A DNA stretch of 34,069 bases. It comes from Macrostomum lignano. Lineage: Eukaryota. Positions within the stretch are counted from its first letter, which is position 1. Each line of letters starts with the position of its first letter. The translations under genes were made by a program, and so were the position numbers. Location of the stretch: assembly GCA_002269645.1 (NCBI GenBank), contig NIVC01003161.1, forward strand, positions 81,848 to 115,916, given 5' to 3'. The notes under the pieces were generated by a model that saw only the letters and a program-made list of their open reading frames with translations, was not told the DNA's origin and searched no databases. Below, one piece after another: positions 1-11,728 of the stretch.

Positions 1-1159
1 TAAAGGTGCGCGCACGATTTGGTGATGCCACGTTGTCAAATACAGTTTTAAACAAACATTGCCTTAAGTTTTTACCCTTGCGCCTTGAACATGTAGTCCA
101 TCCAAAGCTTTAATCAAAGTTTAAGAAATGCCACTTAGTGACTTAAGATCTAAGTTATCGCCGTTTTTTACTTATTTTTTCCCCGGAGTCCCCGGGGTCC
201 CCGGGAATGACAGTAAATTACCCGGGTCCCCGATAAGAAAATTCCCCGGGGAATCGACATCCCTATGTACAACGATAACTTCTAGTAGTCCTTGAGTAGA
301 ATATCAATAGATAATAGTTGAAGATTCCAGAATCTTCCGGAATATTCTATACATTATAACTTGTAACTGAAATTATATACATGTAATAGTTTGTGACGCG
401 TTAAATAATGCTTAGAAAGGCGAAGTTATTTTATGTATGTATTAATTTTACTTTTTAATGGCATACAAGCTGTTGAAACCCGCGCATTTTGAACCCGGCG
501 AACTCTATTTCCCGGAATTATTAACTTTTGTCATTTAACTTTAACTTACAGAAAAAAATTTACGATTTTTGTTAAATAGTTAATACATAAAAAATTTAAC
601 GAAAATTTAACGATTTTTAAAAAAAATTTAACTAGTTAATTAACTAGTTAAACAATTAACTAGTTAACGCCCAGCACTGTCTGGGGATGCATTAAGGAGA
701 GGCGGACGAGAGCATAGAAATAAAGCGGGCTAAATATATTAATACACAAAATTACATGTACTAGCTAGTAATTTCAGAATGGTCAGCGACTCCTCCGATT
801 TGTATCCGCGACCGCGTGCCCACAAATCCCCCGGCAGACCCTGTCGCAGTTGGTGGTTGTGCAAAACATAAATTAAAAATTATAACTAATATTTCAAGGC
901 TTCTAAAAAAATATTAAATTTAACTACTTTAACTTTGTATATAGAGACTATGCCATATTTAATATAATCATTTTTGTATATACCAACTATATATATACCT
1001 GCTGTCTTGGCTTTATATGCCAAAAAGGCATGCTAGTGCATTGTATACAATGGTATACTTCCCTCTATAGGCTAGAATTTTCTAGCATATATATATACTA
1101 TCTAGAGCCTAGCTTAATGACCCTAGCCCCTTGCCTACTGGCCTATACTCCATCATATA

Positions 1160-1530
1160 GGATATGCCCAAAAATTTAGGCATGCATTAGCCTTGCATGC
1201 CAAAGGTAGGTGTGTATAATTGATATACATCACTCCTAAGAAAATAATATACATGCACAAGTGGCATGCATTTTATGAATCACATGAAAGATGAAGAAAT
1301 CACTGAAAGTCATTTCAGTGACAAGAAAAATGACCCTTTTAGTGATAGCCATTCTGTTTTTGAACAGAAAATTAGATTGCAAATCTAAAAGGATATTGAA
1401 CCTAAAGTTTTATAATTTTTTGAAAAGGTTAAGTTCTGCTTCATGTAGTTATGTTTATTTACAATTAAAGATTTGTGGTCTTTTGAATTGTTTTTCAATT
1501 TAAATGTATAGCGTCAATTTCTGCTTTTCT
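1160..1530. repeat. Diverged dispersed repeat with a second copy in the same orientation at about 5375-5590
   Basis: Shared blocks in the same order: TATGCCCAAAAA(A)TTT (1164/5376), CTCCTAAGAAAATAATATA (1233/5460), ATGCATTTTA(T/A)GAATCA, and AAATGT.TA..G..TCAATTT near the right ends. Confidence 0.6.
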
Positions 1531-1546
1531 CATGGTTGGCATTTTA

Positions 1547-2138
1547 CCACACTCAGGAAAGTGTACATTATGGCGGAAAATTCCGGCGCACATCAACAAA
1601 AAATGTGCGCGAAGTGGCGCACATGGCGCACAACAGAGGCTTAGCAGAAGTTTTTAGTGCACATTAGCGCAAAGCAAAACCCGATCAGAAAAAATTTGGC
1701 CCACAATGAGTCACCTAAATGTATAATCTGGATATGCAGTGCGTAAAATATGCTTTAAGATTAAGTTTTTTCCAAGCCTATCAATGAAAAAGTGTTTCTT
1801 GGTAAGTGAAATGAATAATAAAATTCTAAATGGTATTTTACTGTAAAGTTAAAGCTTTTTTTGACAATTTTCTACGTGAGCTAAAAAAAAGCAACAGTTT
1901 TGAGTTAAAAAAAGCCTACATAAAGTACAAAAATTTATCCGTTTTTTTAGTTTTGTTTTAATTATATTTTTACCGAGTTTTTTGTGCTACGGCTCATTAG
2001 TACTCTAGCAATGTATTTGTCAATAAACGAATGTAGACCTCTGCGCACAAATTCATATTTTAGCTTCGCGCACAGCGCACACTCCAAAAATACGCTGAAA
2101 TATATTCCGGCGCACATGTGACACCTTCCTGAGTGTGG
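1547..2138. mobile_element. Non-autonomous DNA transposon (MITE), 592 bp, 8-bp TSD (hAT/P-like)
   Basis: Perfect 13-bp TIR CCACACTCAGGAA at both ends, extending imperfectly. Exact TSD GCATTTTA at 1539-1546 and 2139-2146. Subterminal GCGCACA motifs. No ORF. Confidence 0.85.
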
Positions 2139-2895
2139 GCATTTTATGAGGATTCTCTATATAGGTTTATGGTTTATATGTCTGAAAACTCTTGGACAAT
2201 TCAAAATGATCTGTACAAAAAGAAAACAACAATTAGTTTTATTTATTTTCCTAAATATATTAATCTTTTGACAAAAATATTTAAATATATGTGTATGAAG
2301 CATAAATCTTAACAAAATAACTACAAGCTAATATTATGAAGCACCTGTTATCACCAAAATGGCAATACCTATTATATCTTTAATTTTTCATAAAAAATAA
2401 AGTGTGTCTATCACAAAAGCAACTTGTCACCAAAATGACTTATGACTATTTGTCACCAAAACAACTGGTACCCATAAAAAAACTAGTCTTGAATTTAGTT
2501 ACCATGTAAATAACACTGGCACTATTTATACAGTACCATGCAAGTAACAAGTGCCTTTTTTATCCCTGAACTGAAGCCTAAGCCAATTTTTATTACCTAA
2601 ATGGTTTTGAAAATCTGTCAAGAAGATCTACGCAATTGAGTGCAAACATTCCCATATTTTTCAATTAAAAAATCTCACTGAATTCTGTATCCATAGGTTT
2701 ATAGACACAAGGCACAACTTATGATTTGCCTAATCTTAATTGTGATAATATACTTTCCTAATACTCTTAGTCTTATTTTATACTGAATTTTAATTTCACT
2801 ATGTAAGACATAAAAATTGAGTAGCTACGCATGCATGAGGTTAAAAAACTAAATAAAGTACATGCTACAAAAAAGTTACTAGGCATAAATTTTAC

Positions 2896-2986
2896 CATTT
2901 ATCAAGTCGCCAGCCATTTTGTACTTCGTGACAACAATGTCCTCTGCAATGGTGTGCATCTCTTCATCTTCTTCAATCTCTGCCAT
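2896..2986 (-). CDS. PA2G4: First coding exon of proliferation-associated protein 2G4 (EBP1); remaining exons not found in this window (presumably left of position 1)
   Basis: Manual translation gives MAEIEEDEEMHTIAEDIVVTKYKMAGDLIN, matching the conserved PA2G4 N-terminus (human TIAEDLVVTKYKMGGDIAN). It is followed by a phase-1 donor G|GTAAA at 2895. Too short for the ORF track. Confidence 0.88.
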
Positions 2987-3902
2987 TTTTTAAATAGATG
3001 TAAATAAATAAAATAAATGACACTAAAGAACTGATTTAGCAGCTTAGCAGTTTACTGAAAGCAGTTTCTTAACTTTCCTTTCTTTGCTATTTTTGACAAT
3101 ATTCGAAATATTTCGGTCTACGGTGAGAAAATTTCTATGATACGCGCAAGATCAGGATCCACTGCAATCTACTTTAAAAATTTAAATAGTTTAAAGCTTT
3201 AGCGTTAAAGTTGTATCAAAATTTGATTCTTTTATTTTTATAAAACTTTTATAAACTCATTGATAGTATAAATAACTATTTTATTTCTTACGTAGATATT
3301 TTTATATACTGCATGTTTCTTAGTCCTTTTTCAAATGTGTTTATTTCTATGAACTCTACAAGATTACGCTTTAAACTTAAATTAGAAATGTTAGCTTCAT
3401 TTAGACCGTAAGGTAGACCGCCGGCCGATAGACCGGAGACATACAGCTGTCAACCATGAAGGATTAAGTTAAGAAAGCTATTTTTGTAGCTTGGAAAGCT
3501 AATAGCTCGTATTTTCTTTTAATTCAAACATTTGATTTGGGGTGTCTCGTGTCTGTTTTCAGCTTCAGTTTCAAGTGAATATCTGACATACACATAGGTG
3601 ATGTAGGCCTAGTAGCAAAGGCAAAGGGTAGAGCTAAATTTTGCGTAATAGTAAAGTGTTGTCCCCAACAAATTTGTTTGGGCTCATTTTCCTAAGTCTT
3701 TCCTATTTTTTAAAGAACTTTTTGAATTGAAGTTCTGCTTGTTTCTTTCAAACAAGACTTTATTCAGGTGGTAAAATGTTATATCAATTGCTCATTTTAT
3801 ACATTTATGCTAGTTTATCTAAATTATAATATTAGTAAGCCTTTGAATTAGTTTATATTGTAAAACAAATTTTAAAAATTACATTTTATTTATGAACCCT
3901 AT

Positions 3903-5125
3903 TAGTGTTCCGCTGTAAAGAGGGTCCATGTACCGTAGCCGTAGCCATAAGCAAAACTACGGCTTATTCCAATTCTCTGTATCCGTAGCCGTAGGGCCAG
4001 GTTGCGGATGGTATGCATATACACCAGAACTTTTCTGGCATACAAAACGGCCACCCTCAGTCCTTGGCGTACACAATCGGCATACACAACCCTTGGCGCA
4101 CTTTGGTGGCGTACACACTATTGGCGTACACAAGTAACACAGCCACGCATACTTTTTTGGCGTACAAATTTTAGTGAATCAATTCATGCCGTGCATGAAA
4201 ATTGTAATGTAAATTAATGTTTTTACGTAAAGTAAAGGAAAATTTATATGTCAGTGATAAACTTTTTGCTTATTTTAAGCTAAAAAAAAATAAAATTAGT
4301 GTAAAATTTTGCTGAAAGTATTAACTTTGCATGATATTTTTTGTAGGTGTTATTTAAGTTTGTTTAAACTGACAATATTCGTAATATTTTAAAGACACTT
4401 TTCATACGAAAGCCTTTCCTAGAAAACTCTACTCGTGAAAACCGAATGACCCTTTTTTAGGAACTTTTGGTGTACATTTTAGTGCAACTTTTTGTTTTTG
4501 GCGTACACTGGCGTACAAAGTCCTTGACGCCCAAATTTTTTCCGGCGTACACGGGTACATGATCCGCACACTGGCCGTAAGGACCCCGAAATTACCATAT
4601 TCCCATAGTTCCCATAGCCGTAGTTTTAACAAAAAGACTAAAAAGTAAAATATTTTGAATCAAGACGATAACCTAGTGCTTAAACAACTGCAAATTAAAT
4701 TAGAAAATAAAAGAAACACTCGATTGCCTTTGTAAGATTATATTTCGTCTTTTTTCAGAGCAACAATACTTAATTGTTACTGAAAGTACTAACGCTAAAA
4801 TTTTTTACATTAATAAAAATTAGAGTTTGCTAGTGTTTTATTGTACTTTTTCAGGTATATTCTATAAGTTTCTAGGTTGATAATACAGTTTACTAAATGT
4901 ATATTTGTTTTACTCTACCTGTTTCTAATATTTTTATAAATTTTTAACATTAATAACTATGGCTACGGGAATCTACGGAATGTGACAGCAAATACCATAT
5001 TTCCGTAGTCGTAGCCGTAAGAGCAGCTAGCTACCGTAGGCGTATCCGTAGCTGCCGTAGGCACCTATTTTACCGTATTTGCCGTAGGATCCCGTAGCCG
5101 TAGCTACGGCTACGGCGGAGCACTA
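3903..5125. mobile_element. Non-autonomous hAT-type element, 1223 bp
   Basis: TIRs TAGTGTTCCGCTGTA / TAGTGCTCCGCCGTA. Exact 8-bp TSD AACCCTAT at 3895-3902 and 5126-5133. Many subterminal CCGTAG/CTACGG motifs at both ends. Confidence 0.85.
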
Positions 5126-5719
5126 AACCCTATTACTATTACTATATTAGGAAATAGTTCGGGGTCTAAGTCTAAGCTAGGCATATCAGCATATGTCAAA
5201 TGGCACATGAAAAACAGATAGAATAAAGAAAAATTTTGTTGATCAAGTATTAAACTAGGCTTATTCAATAGTTATTGATCAATTGAAACAGTTGTAGACA
5301 TGCTTAATTTTTTGTTTTATTTAGCATTTGTTTTATTTAGCCAATGGGCAATGGCCACACTTTAGCCATTTGGGTCTTATAATATATGCCCAAAAAATTT
5401 GGGTGTACATTGTCCTTGTATGCCAAAAAATAGACATGTATAGTTTGTGCGTATTACTCCTCCTAAGAAAATAATATATATATACACTTGGTATGCATTT
5501 TAAAGAATCAAATTTTGCATAAATTTTAAGCTTTCTTCCAGTTTTTAAGCTTGTAATAAGGCATTTGAACAAATGTTTATGGGTATCAATTTTCTGCTAC
5601 AAGTAAAATAGTATAAGCAAAAAAGATAAAAATAGTCAACTAAATTATTAGCCAAAAAGGTCATTTATTCAAAACAAAAAAGGTCATTTATTGTTCTAAC
5701 ACTAGCCTAGATTTAAAAG

Positions 5720-6192
5720 CAGTGCTGCCACAGCTGCGCAAATTTTTCGCAGTGTGCAAGATTTAATTTTCTGCACAAATGTGCAAATAATATGCAAGAC
5801 CTTAAATTTCTATGCAAATCAGACTTTGGATTGTTAAAAATCTGTCAGTAGCAAAATGTTCAATTCCACTTCAAATGATGATAAATTGATATTTCACTTT
5901 TCAGTTATGGCTACTCTTTGTTTGCACTTAAAATAAAACACGCAATTTTCATACTACTTTGTTCATTTTCAAAAATTAAGCATTTGATTTATCATTTGAT
6001 TCATTTAGGAAAGAGTTTTTAAGGATTTGAAAGTTTTGACTTAGAAAAAATATGACAAGAAAAAAGGATGCTGGAGTCCTTAGACTGAATTTCTTAATTT
6101 TTTTCTTCATTTTACTAACAATCAGCTTTGGTTTCTATCTAGGCAATTTTTTTACCCTGTGCAAAAAATAATTATGTTGAGTGGCAGCACTA
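5720..6192. mobile_element. Older hAT-like MITE
   Basis: TIR (C/T)AGTGCTGCCAC at both ends. Flanking 8-mers match only 5/8 (TTTAAAAG / TTTGGGAG). Confidence 0.5.
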
Positions 6193-7606
6193 TTTGGGAG
6201 TGTAGGTATGCACTCAAATATTTTTAGTGTGCATTTATAAATTTATTCAATTTTTGTTTAGGTATATAGACAACATGATCCAGACTATGAATACAATAAT
6301 ATTCTAATTAATATAATTGTATTATAATTATAGTTATGCCAAACAGACAATTGATAACAATTATAAATATGCCAATTATCATAGATAGGCAAAGTTGATA
6401 GAATTGTAGATTTTGTTAGGATAGATTTCTTATTGTGACTTTTACTATAATGATGTGGTCTAGGGATTCTAACCCTAGGGAGCTATTTATTTTTCTTCTA
6501 GTGAGTTTTATACTTTACATAATATTATTACTATACTAGCAGTTACACAGTCAAATAAACATTTGCTAATGGTTAGAAAAAGGGAAAAGAGGAGAAAGAA
6601 AACAGATAGGAAAATAAGTTAGGGAATATAGGAGAAGAAAGATAGCCATACTTAGGAATTCAAATATAGAAATGGAAAAAAGGAAAAAATTTGAAAGAGG
6701 AATAAAGAGATAAAAAAGGATAAAAAAGAATGAAAGAGAGAGGAAGAAATTGGAAAGTAGGGAGCTGATAAAAGACACAACCTTAAGTAAGTTTAGATTG
6801 CTATTGTGAAGTTTCAAAGGACCCACAGGCTAGAGTTTGACAACTTTTAATGTACAAAGTCAAACTACTACACATCTGTAGCTTTCTTTAATCTTTTGGT
6901 TTTGAACTTTGAATGGATACATTTTTTATGTCTATACATTCTTTATTAGGGACCTACCCTAGGGTTTTAGCCAAAAAATCCCTGGTTTCTCAGGGTGCAA
7001 ATTTTCTGTGAAATTGATATGACACTCTTAATATGGCCCTACTAAGAAATATGACCATTTCCTTCAAAATAAAAATTGTTATTATAGTATAATTCATAGT
7101 TTTCCATTTTTGCCATTGCCATTGATTCACGCACAAAGTATTAAACACTTGTTCTTTAGAACTGCTATTATTAAAGCTGTCTTTATTTGCAAAACTGTCT
7201 GCCTCGTTTCCATGGTAATTACAGCCTTTAAACAGTTATAGTACAGTGAAGCATGTACTAGTAAGCTCAGACTTATTGCATTTCATTTACTTTCTGAGGC
7301 ACTGTGCTAAATAAGTGCTTCAGATATTGTGAAAATCTCATAGCTAAGTGCACTGCACTGATAAATGTATAAGGCCCCTCCCTATCTAATCTCTATGACA
7401 ATTAGCAAGTCTTATCGCTTCTCTTGCCTTTTGGCTGTTTTTGGAAGAAGTTTAAAAAGCAGAGAACATTAAATAATTAATAATTGTAGGAGAAACACTG
7501 ATATTCACTTGTGGGGGGGTGGCATCACAATCGATCACAAAGCCAAAATATCACAACACCGAAAGTGCTAGCAACGCCCATTATCTGTAGTATTATCTGT
7601 ATTATC

Positions 7607-7798
7607 TGTAGTGCGCTTGTGTGCTGAGAAAATCATGATCTCTTGGACCGTATATTTGAGCTACTATATAGTATCACTGCCGACGTGCGACTACAATGTT
7701 ACGCAATAGTTGAGGGTCAAGTGGCAGTGCACGTTGGTCGAGAGGGCTATGGTTAGTCATCACAGAAGAGTAAAGGCATAGAGTGGGCGTACACTACA
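7607..7798 (-). repeat. 3' LTR
   Basis: 192 bp, about 98% identical to 9743-9934, TG...CA ends. Confidence 0.95.
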
Positions 7799-7812
7799 TC
7801 TCTCCCCTAACC
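7799..7812 (-). promoter_or_regulatory. Polypurine tract
   Basis: Minus strand reads GGTTAGGGGAGAGA immediately before the 3' LTR. Confidence 0.8.
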
Positions 7813-8040
7813 AAAAAAGTACAAAGTCTGTAATTCGATTAACGGAGATTAACGAAACGAGATTTCGGAACAGTTGTGTTAGTCAGCCGTTGAGTGAAAT
7901 TTACGTTTGCATGTACATGTGATAATTAGTAGTCTGCAGTCTGCAGTTAGTAGGATGAGGCTCTGTTTTGCTGGCCTTGTGGTTTGCTGACGTGCTGGCG
8001 TGCGGCCAGTGGACCTCCCAAATGCCGTCGCACCCTTCGG

Positions 8041-9742
8041 TCACCTGGCGGAGCGCCGATCGAAATTAGCGGCGTGCGCCGTCTGGTCACCAGCTTCCAG
8101 CCGGGCTCGGACGGCTGCTGAACGTCTGCTGTGTCTGCCGGCCGCTGTTGGCCGGCTGAGAGCGTCTCGCTCGCGCCAACGCCTCCGATGTCCTGGCGCT
8201 GGCGTCTCCTTGACTCCCCCGCAGCTGGTCGATGGCCTTCCTCCTGCCGAATTGACCCTGGTGGGCCCAACTGATGGTCTGCTGCTGAAGCGCTGCGGGT
8301 ACAACGATTCTGTTGCCCCTGAGCAGCACGCCATCACGCACCTGGAGCTCATCCTTGAGCGAGTGGAAGCTGCCGTCCTGGGCTGTAGCGCCGGAGCGCC
8401 AGTTGCCAGTTGCCAACGCCTGCATGACGAAGGTCAGAGCCAGGTCCCCAGCTGTGGCATCGCGGACGCTCTTGATGTTCGGGCCTTCCGGTGCGGACTT
8501 GACGGAGTTGAGCTGCTGCAGCGGTACGTTGTCCTGGACTGGTTGCGCGTTTGGAGAATCGCTCAGACTTGTTGCCTCTCTGGCCGGTGCCCGGGCCTGC
8601 GTCCCCAGACTCAGCAGCTGCAGGGATGTCGAGGTTGCACGGCCGAGCACGCTGGTGCCGGTCCCTGGGACGATGATGAAGTCGGACCATTGAGCCAACC
8701 GAAACCTGCAGGCTGCAGGCTCCCACAGTGCGCAGAGGTTTAGCTGATCGAAATGATAAAATCTTCTTTGTCGTCGGCTGAAGGCCTGGGGGTCCCGGGA
8801 GCTCTCGCCAGGCTGCCTCAGTGAGAATGTTACAGTCGGCTCCGCTGTCCACCAGCACCTGCACTGGAGTCGCTTCTACCAGCACCGTGGCAAGAGCCGC
8901 TGTTGCGTTCGTGTCTGAGGCCATCACGGTCAGGCAGAATACGTCGTCCTCTTCGCCTGAACTGTCGCTGCCGAGCCGCAGAGCTCGCACGTCCTCCGGC
9001 CGGGACAGGCAGGCCTTGGCGAGGTGATTTGGCTTGCCGCATCGGTTGCAGGTCTTGCCTACCGCTGCGCTGCAGCTGCGGTGGCCGAAGTTGCCGCAGC
9101 GGATGCACTTTGGCTGCGTGCGATCGGCTGTCTGCGTGGCTGATCTCTGCGGCTGCCCTGGCGGGCTGAACTCGAGCTTCCGCAACCGATGCACGGTCGC
9201 TGCGCTGGTCTCCATGAGGCTGGCCTGCGACTCCGCTGCCTCCATGGCCCTGGCCACCCGGACCGCCTGCCCAGGTCCACGTTGTCCATGGCCAGCAGCT
9301 TCCTGCGGAGCTGCTCGGAGCTACAGCCGGCGATCAGCTGGTTGCGGATCAGCGAGTCCCGGAGGCCTTCGAATTTGCAGCAGTCCGCGGTGTTGTTGAG
9401 CCGCCGCAGCCAGTCGTCCAGGGACTCTCCGGTCTGCTGGGTGCACAGCCGGAACTGGTAGCGGGTGAAGGGCAGGTTGAGCTGGCTGGTGAAGTGCTCA
9501 TTGAGAGCCTTGATGAGCTTGTCGACGTCATCACCGGTGTCGGCGAGTCCGGCTGCAATGGCCTGCAGGTCCTCGCCCGCTGTGTATAGGAGTTGGCGAA
9601 GTCGCTTCTTGTCAGAGATGTCAGCAGCCGCGGCGAACAGCTGGAAATGAGCCAGCCACTTGCTCCACTTCGTATGTGCCGCATGGGGCTCTTCGCGCAA
9701 GTTCAATGTGGGCGGTGTGGGTAGGCTTGCTCGCGACGCCAT
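8041..9742 (-). pseudogene. gag-protease with pol remnants (frameshifts near 9262 and 8700; RT, most of RNase H and the integrase core deleted)
   Basis: Gag N-terminus MASRASLPTPP...WSKWLAHFQLF. Two CCHC-type knuckles (CIRCGNFGH...C, CNRCGKPNHLAKAC). Aspartic protease VLVDSGADCNIL. Integrase N-terminal region ELQVRDGVLLRGNRIVVP...AHQGQFG. No YxDD motif or DDE core. Confidence 0.88.
9726..9741 (-). promoter_or_regulatory. Primer-binding site, probably tRNA-Ser
   Basis: TGGCGTCGCGAGCAAG lies 1 nt after the 5' LTR and is complementary to a tRNA 3' end ...GCUCGCGAC-G-CCA. The G discriminator fits tRNA-Ser (inference). Confidence 0.75.
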
Positions 9743-9934
9743 TGTAGTGCGCTTGTGTGCTGAGAAAATCATGGTCTCTTGGACCGTATATTTGAGCTAC
9801 TATATAGTATCACCGCCGACGTGCGGCTACAATGTTACGCAATAGTTGAGGGACAAGTGGCAGTGCACGTTGGTCGAGAGGGCTATGGTTAGTCATCACA
9901 GAAGAGTAAAGGCATAGAGTGGGCGTACACTACA
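9743..9934 (-). repeat. 5' LTR
   Basis: 192-bp partner of 7607-7798. Confidence 0.95.
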
Positions 9935-11728
9935 TTATCTTAAAACTGAAACTCGTAATTCCAAAAACAATACAGCGTTTAGCGTTGTTAGCAGTTCAGT
10001 GTTATGATATTTCAGGTTTGTGATTATTTCGATTTCATGATAGGCGTTGCCAGCATTTTCGGAGCTTGATCGCTTTAAAGTTTTTGTTATGATTGGAAGT
10101 AAGAAAGTACAGTTAGATAGAAAAGCATCACGAGTCACGACAAGACCCCAACGGGGAGCATGAGAATTGCCCGCCGAGATTTGCTCGCGAGTGAATTGCA
10201 ATTCGTCAGCGGGCAATTCTCATGGACCCACCAACCCAAATGAGAACCCAAGCGAAGTGCAAGACCTAGATAGTTAATTTAGTTTTTTAAAGGAAGGGGT
10301 GGTTGATCAATACAAGGGCAATAAAATAATTAAAGTGACAAGAGGCCAACACAGAGGGAGGGGGAGGCAAGAAAAGAAAGATAAGGGGGTTGAAAACGGA
10401 TCGATAATTTCAATACCCCCTAGGCCTACAAGAACATCAGTTGTTCACTGATTATGTAGGACGAAGGGACAGAACGAGAGGGAAAGGGTGCAGGCACGAT
10501 TTTCGCGACCATATACTCATAAAAAGCGACGCGTCAATCCAAAGTCCAAACGAAAGGACGTGCAAAACTTTTTTCAGAGCGCGTAAAGCTGGCAGAAAGT
10601 AATTTGCGAGTTTTTGTGAAAGAGAGAACCCTCAAGGGAGACTTATCACAAAGACTGGGTGAATTTTTGTAAGGCCCAATCTTTGGCTTAGAAATCACTG
10701 CTATATACTGCTAGCCAAGCACCTGTTACTGCTTTCTCACTTCTCAGTACTTTTTTTGTTTTTTTATTGCCCGTACCGTAGCCCGGTAGCTAGTTGTTTT
10801 TGTTTTAATATATACCTGAATCCCTAGACCGATTCACGTGATTTTCCGCCCTTAAATTTGAACTGCTTACCTAATCAGGCAGAGTGAGAGAAGGGAGGAA
10901 AACACTCTGTGTACTTTTAGTGTTTCACTAAAACCTAGCTTTACGCATTACACATTTTGCTAAAATCCTGTGCTCAAGCTCATTGTGTGTGTGGTGTGCC
11001 CACAGTAAATCCGTGCGAGTCCAGCACACTGTTTACTCTTATTTTCTCTCTTACCCCCTTATATCTCTCCTATACTCATGTTCTGCTAGCACTGAGCTAA
11101 CATTGTCTGCCTGTTAGACTTTATTCATGCCGTTGCTAGGGCGTTGTCAGGTGGGGGGGAGAGGGCTTTTTTGATAGGCTTAGTTCCGGCTGTGGAAGCA
11201 CTGCACTAGAGCTTTTACTGCAGTCTGTATATTCCATACAATTAAATATGCAGTTTTATTTAGTTTATCTTCGATTATGCTCGCAATTTTAATTTTTCTC
11301 AAGACTTTTACCAATACTCATAAATAAGGTTGCCTTATTTATCTTTATAAGCCTGTTTTCTTGGTCTAATTATATTATATATAAAATATTATATTATACA
11401 CTCACCATACGCAATAGATAGTGACAGTCTGAGGTTACCTAATCGTTTTGCGCTTCAAAACATAATAGTTATATTTATCGCTAAAACATAAGAAAAGTAT
11501 GTGCTCTCGTATCTTGAAATATTTTGAAAACACTTCTCAGATGTATCGTAGACAGATATGATATGTACGAGTATGTAGCATGTTACTGTCATGTAAAGTT
11601 CTAAAAGGCCGATTGAAAAGCAGACAAACGGACACAAAGACAGACAGACAGAAACACCACGAAACTAAAACAGACAGACAGACCACCAGGACACTAAGAC
11701 AGACAGAAGCGCTAGACACGAATACGCA

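Larger units (their letters stand above)
7607..9934 (-). mobile_element. Internally deleted, non-autonomous Ty3/Gypsy (Mag-like) LTR retrotransposon, 2328 bp
   Basis: Two 192-bp LTRs (7607-7798, 9743-9934) with TGTAGTG...CACTACA ends and 4 mismatches. 5-bp TSD TTATC (7602-7606, 9935-9939). PBS and PPT present. Carries gag, protease and pol remnants. Confidence 0.95.

Noticed and set aside
180-680. hAT-like single ends (TAGGGATGTCGATTCCCC near 265; CAGTGCTGGGCGTTAACTAG near 677) with palindromic subterminal repeats
   Set aside because: Probably transposon termini, but no partner TIR or TSD could be located in the window, so they are not called as elements.
3540-3610. Possible non-coding 5' exon of the OATP gene (TTTTCAG|...ATAG|GTGATG)
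   Set aside because: Splice-like signals alone are not distinguishable from chance without transcript data.
6566-6826. 86-aa hydrophobic ORF resembling a membrane protein
   Set aside because: Translation of a purine/pyrimidine-skewed low-complexity tract (F/L/S-rich), with no splice or homology support.
7947-9845. Many overlapping plus-strand and alternate-frame ORFs over the LTR element
   Set aside because: Shadow ORFs of GC-rich gag/pol sequence with no independent motifs. The same applies to those over the OATP exons, polB and the LINE.
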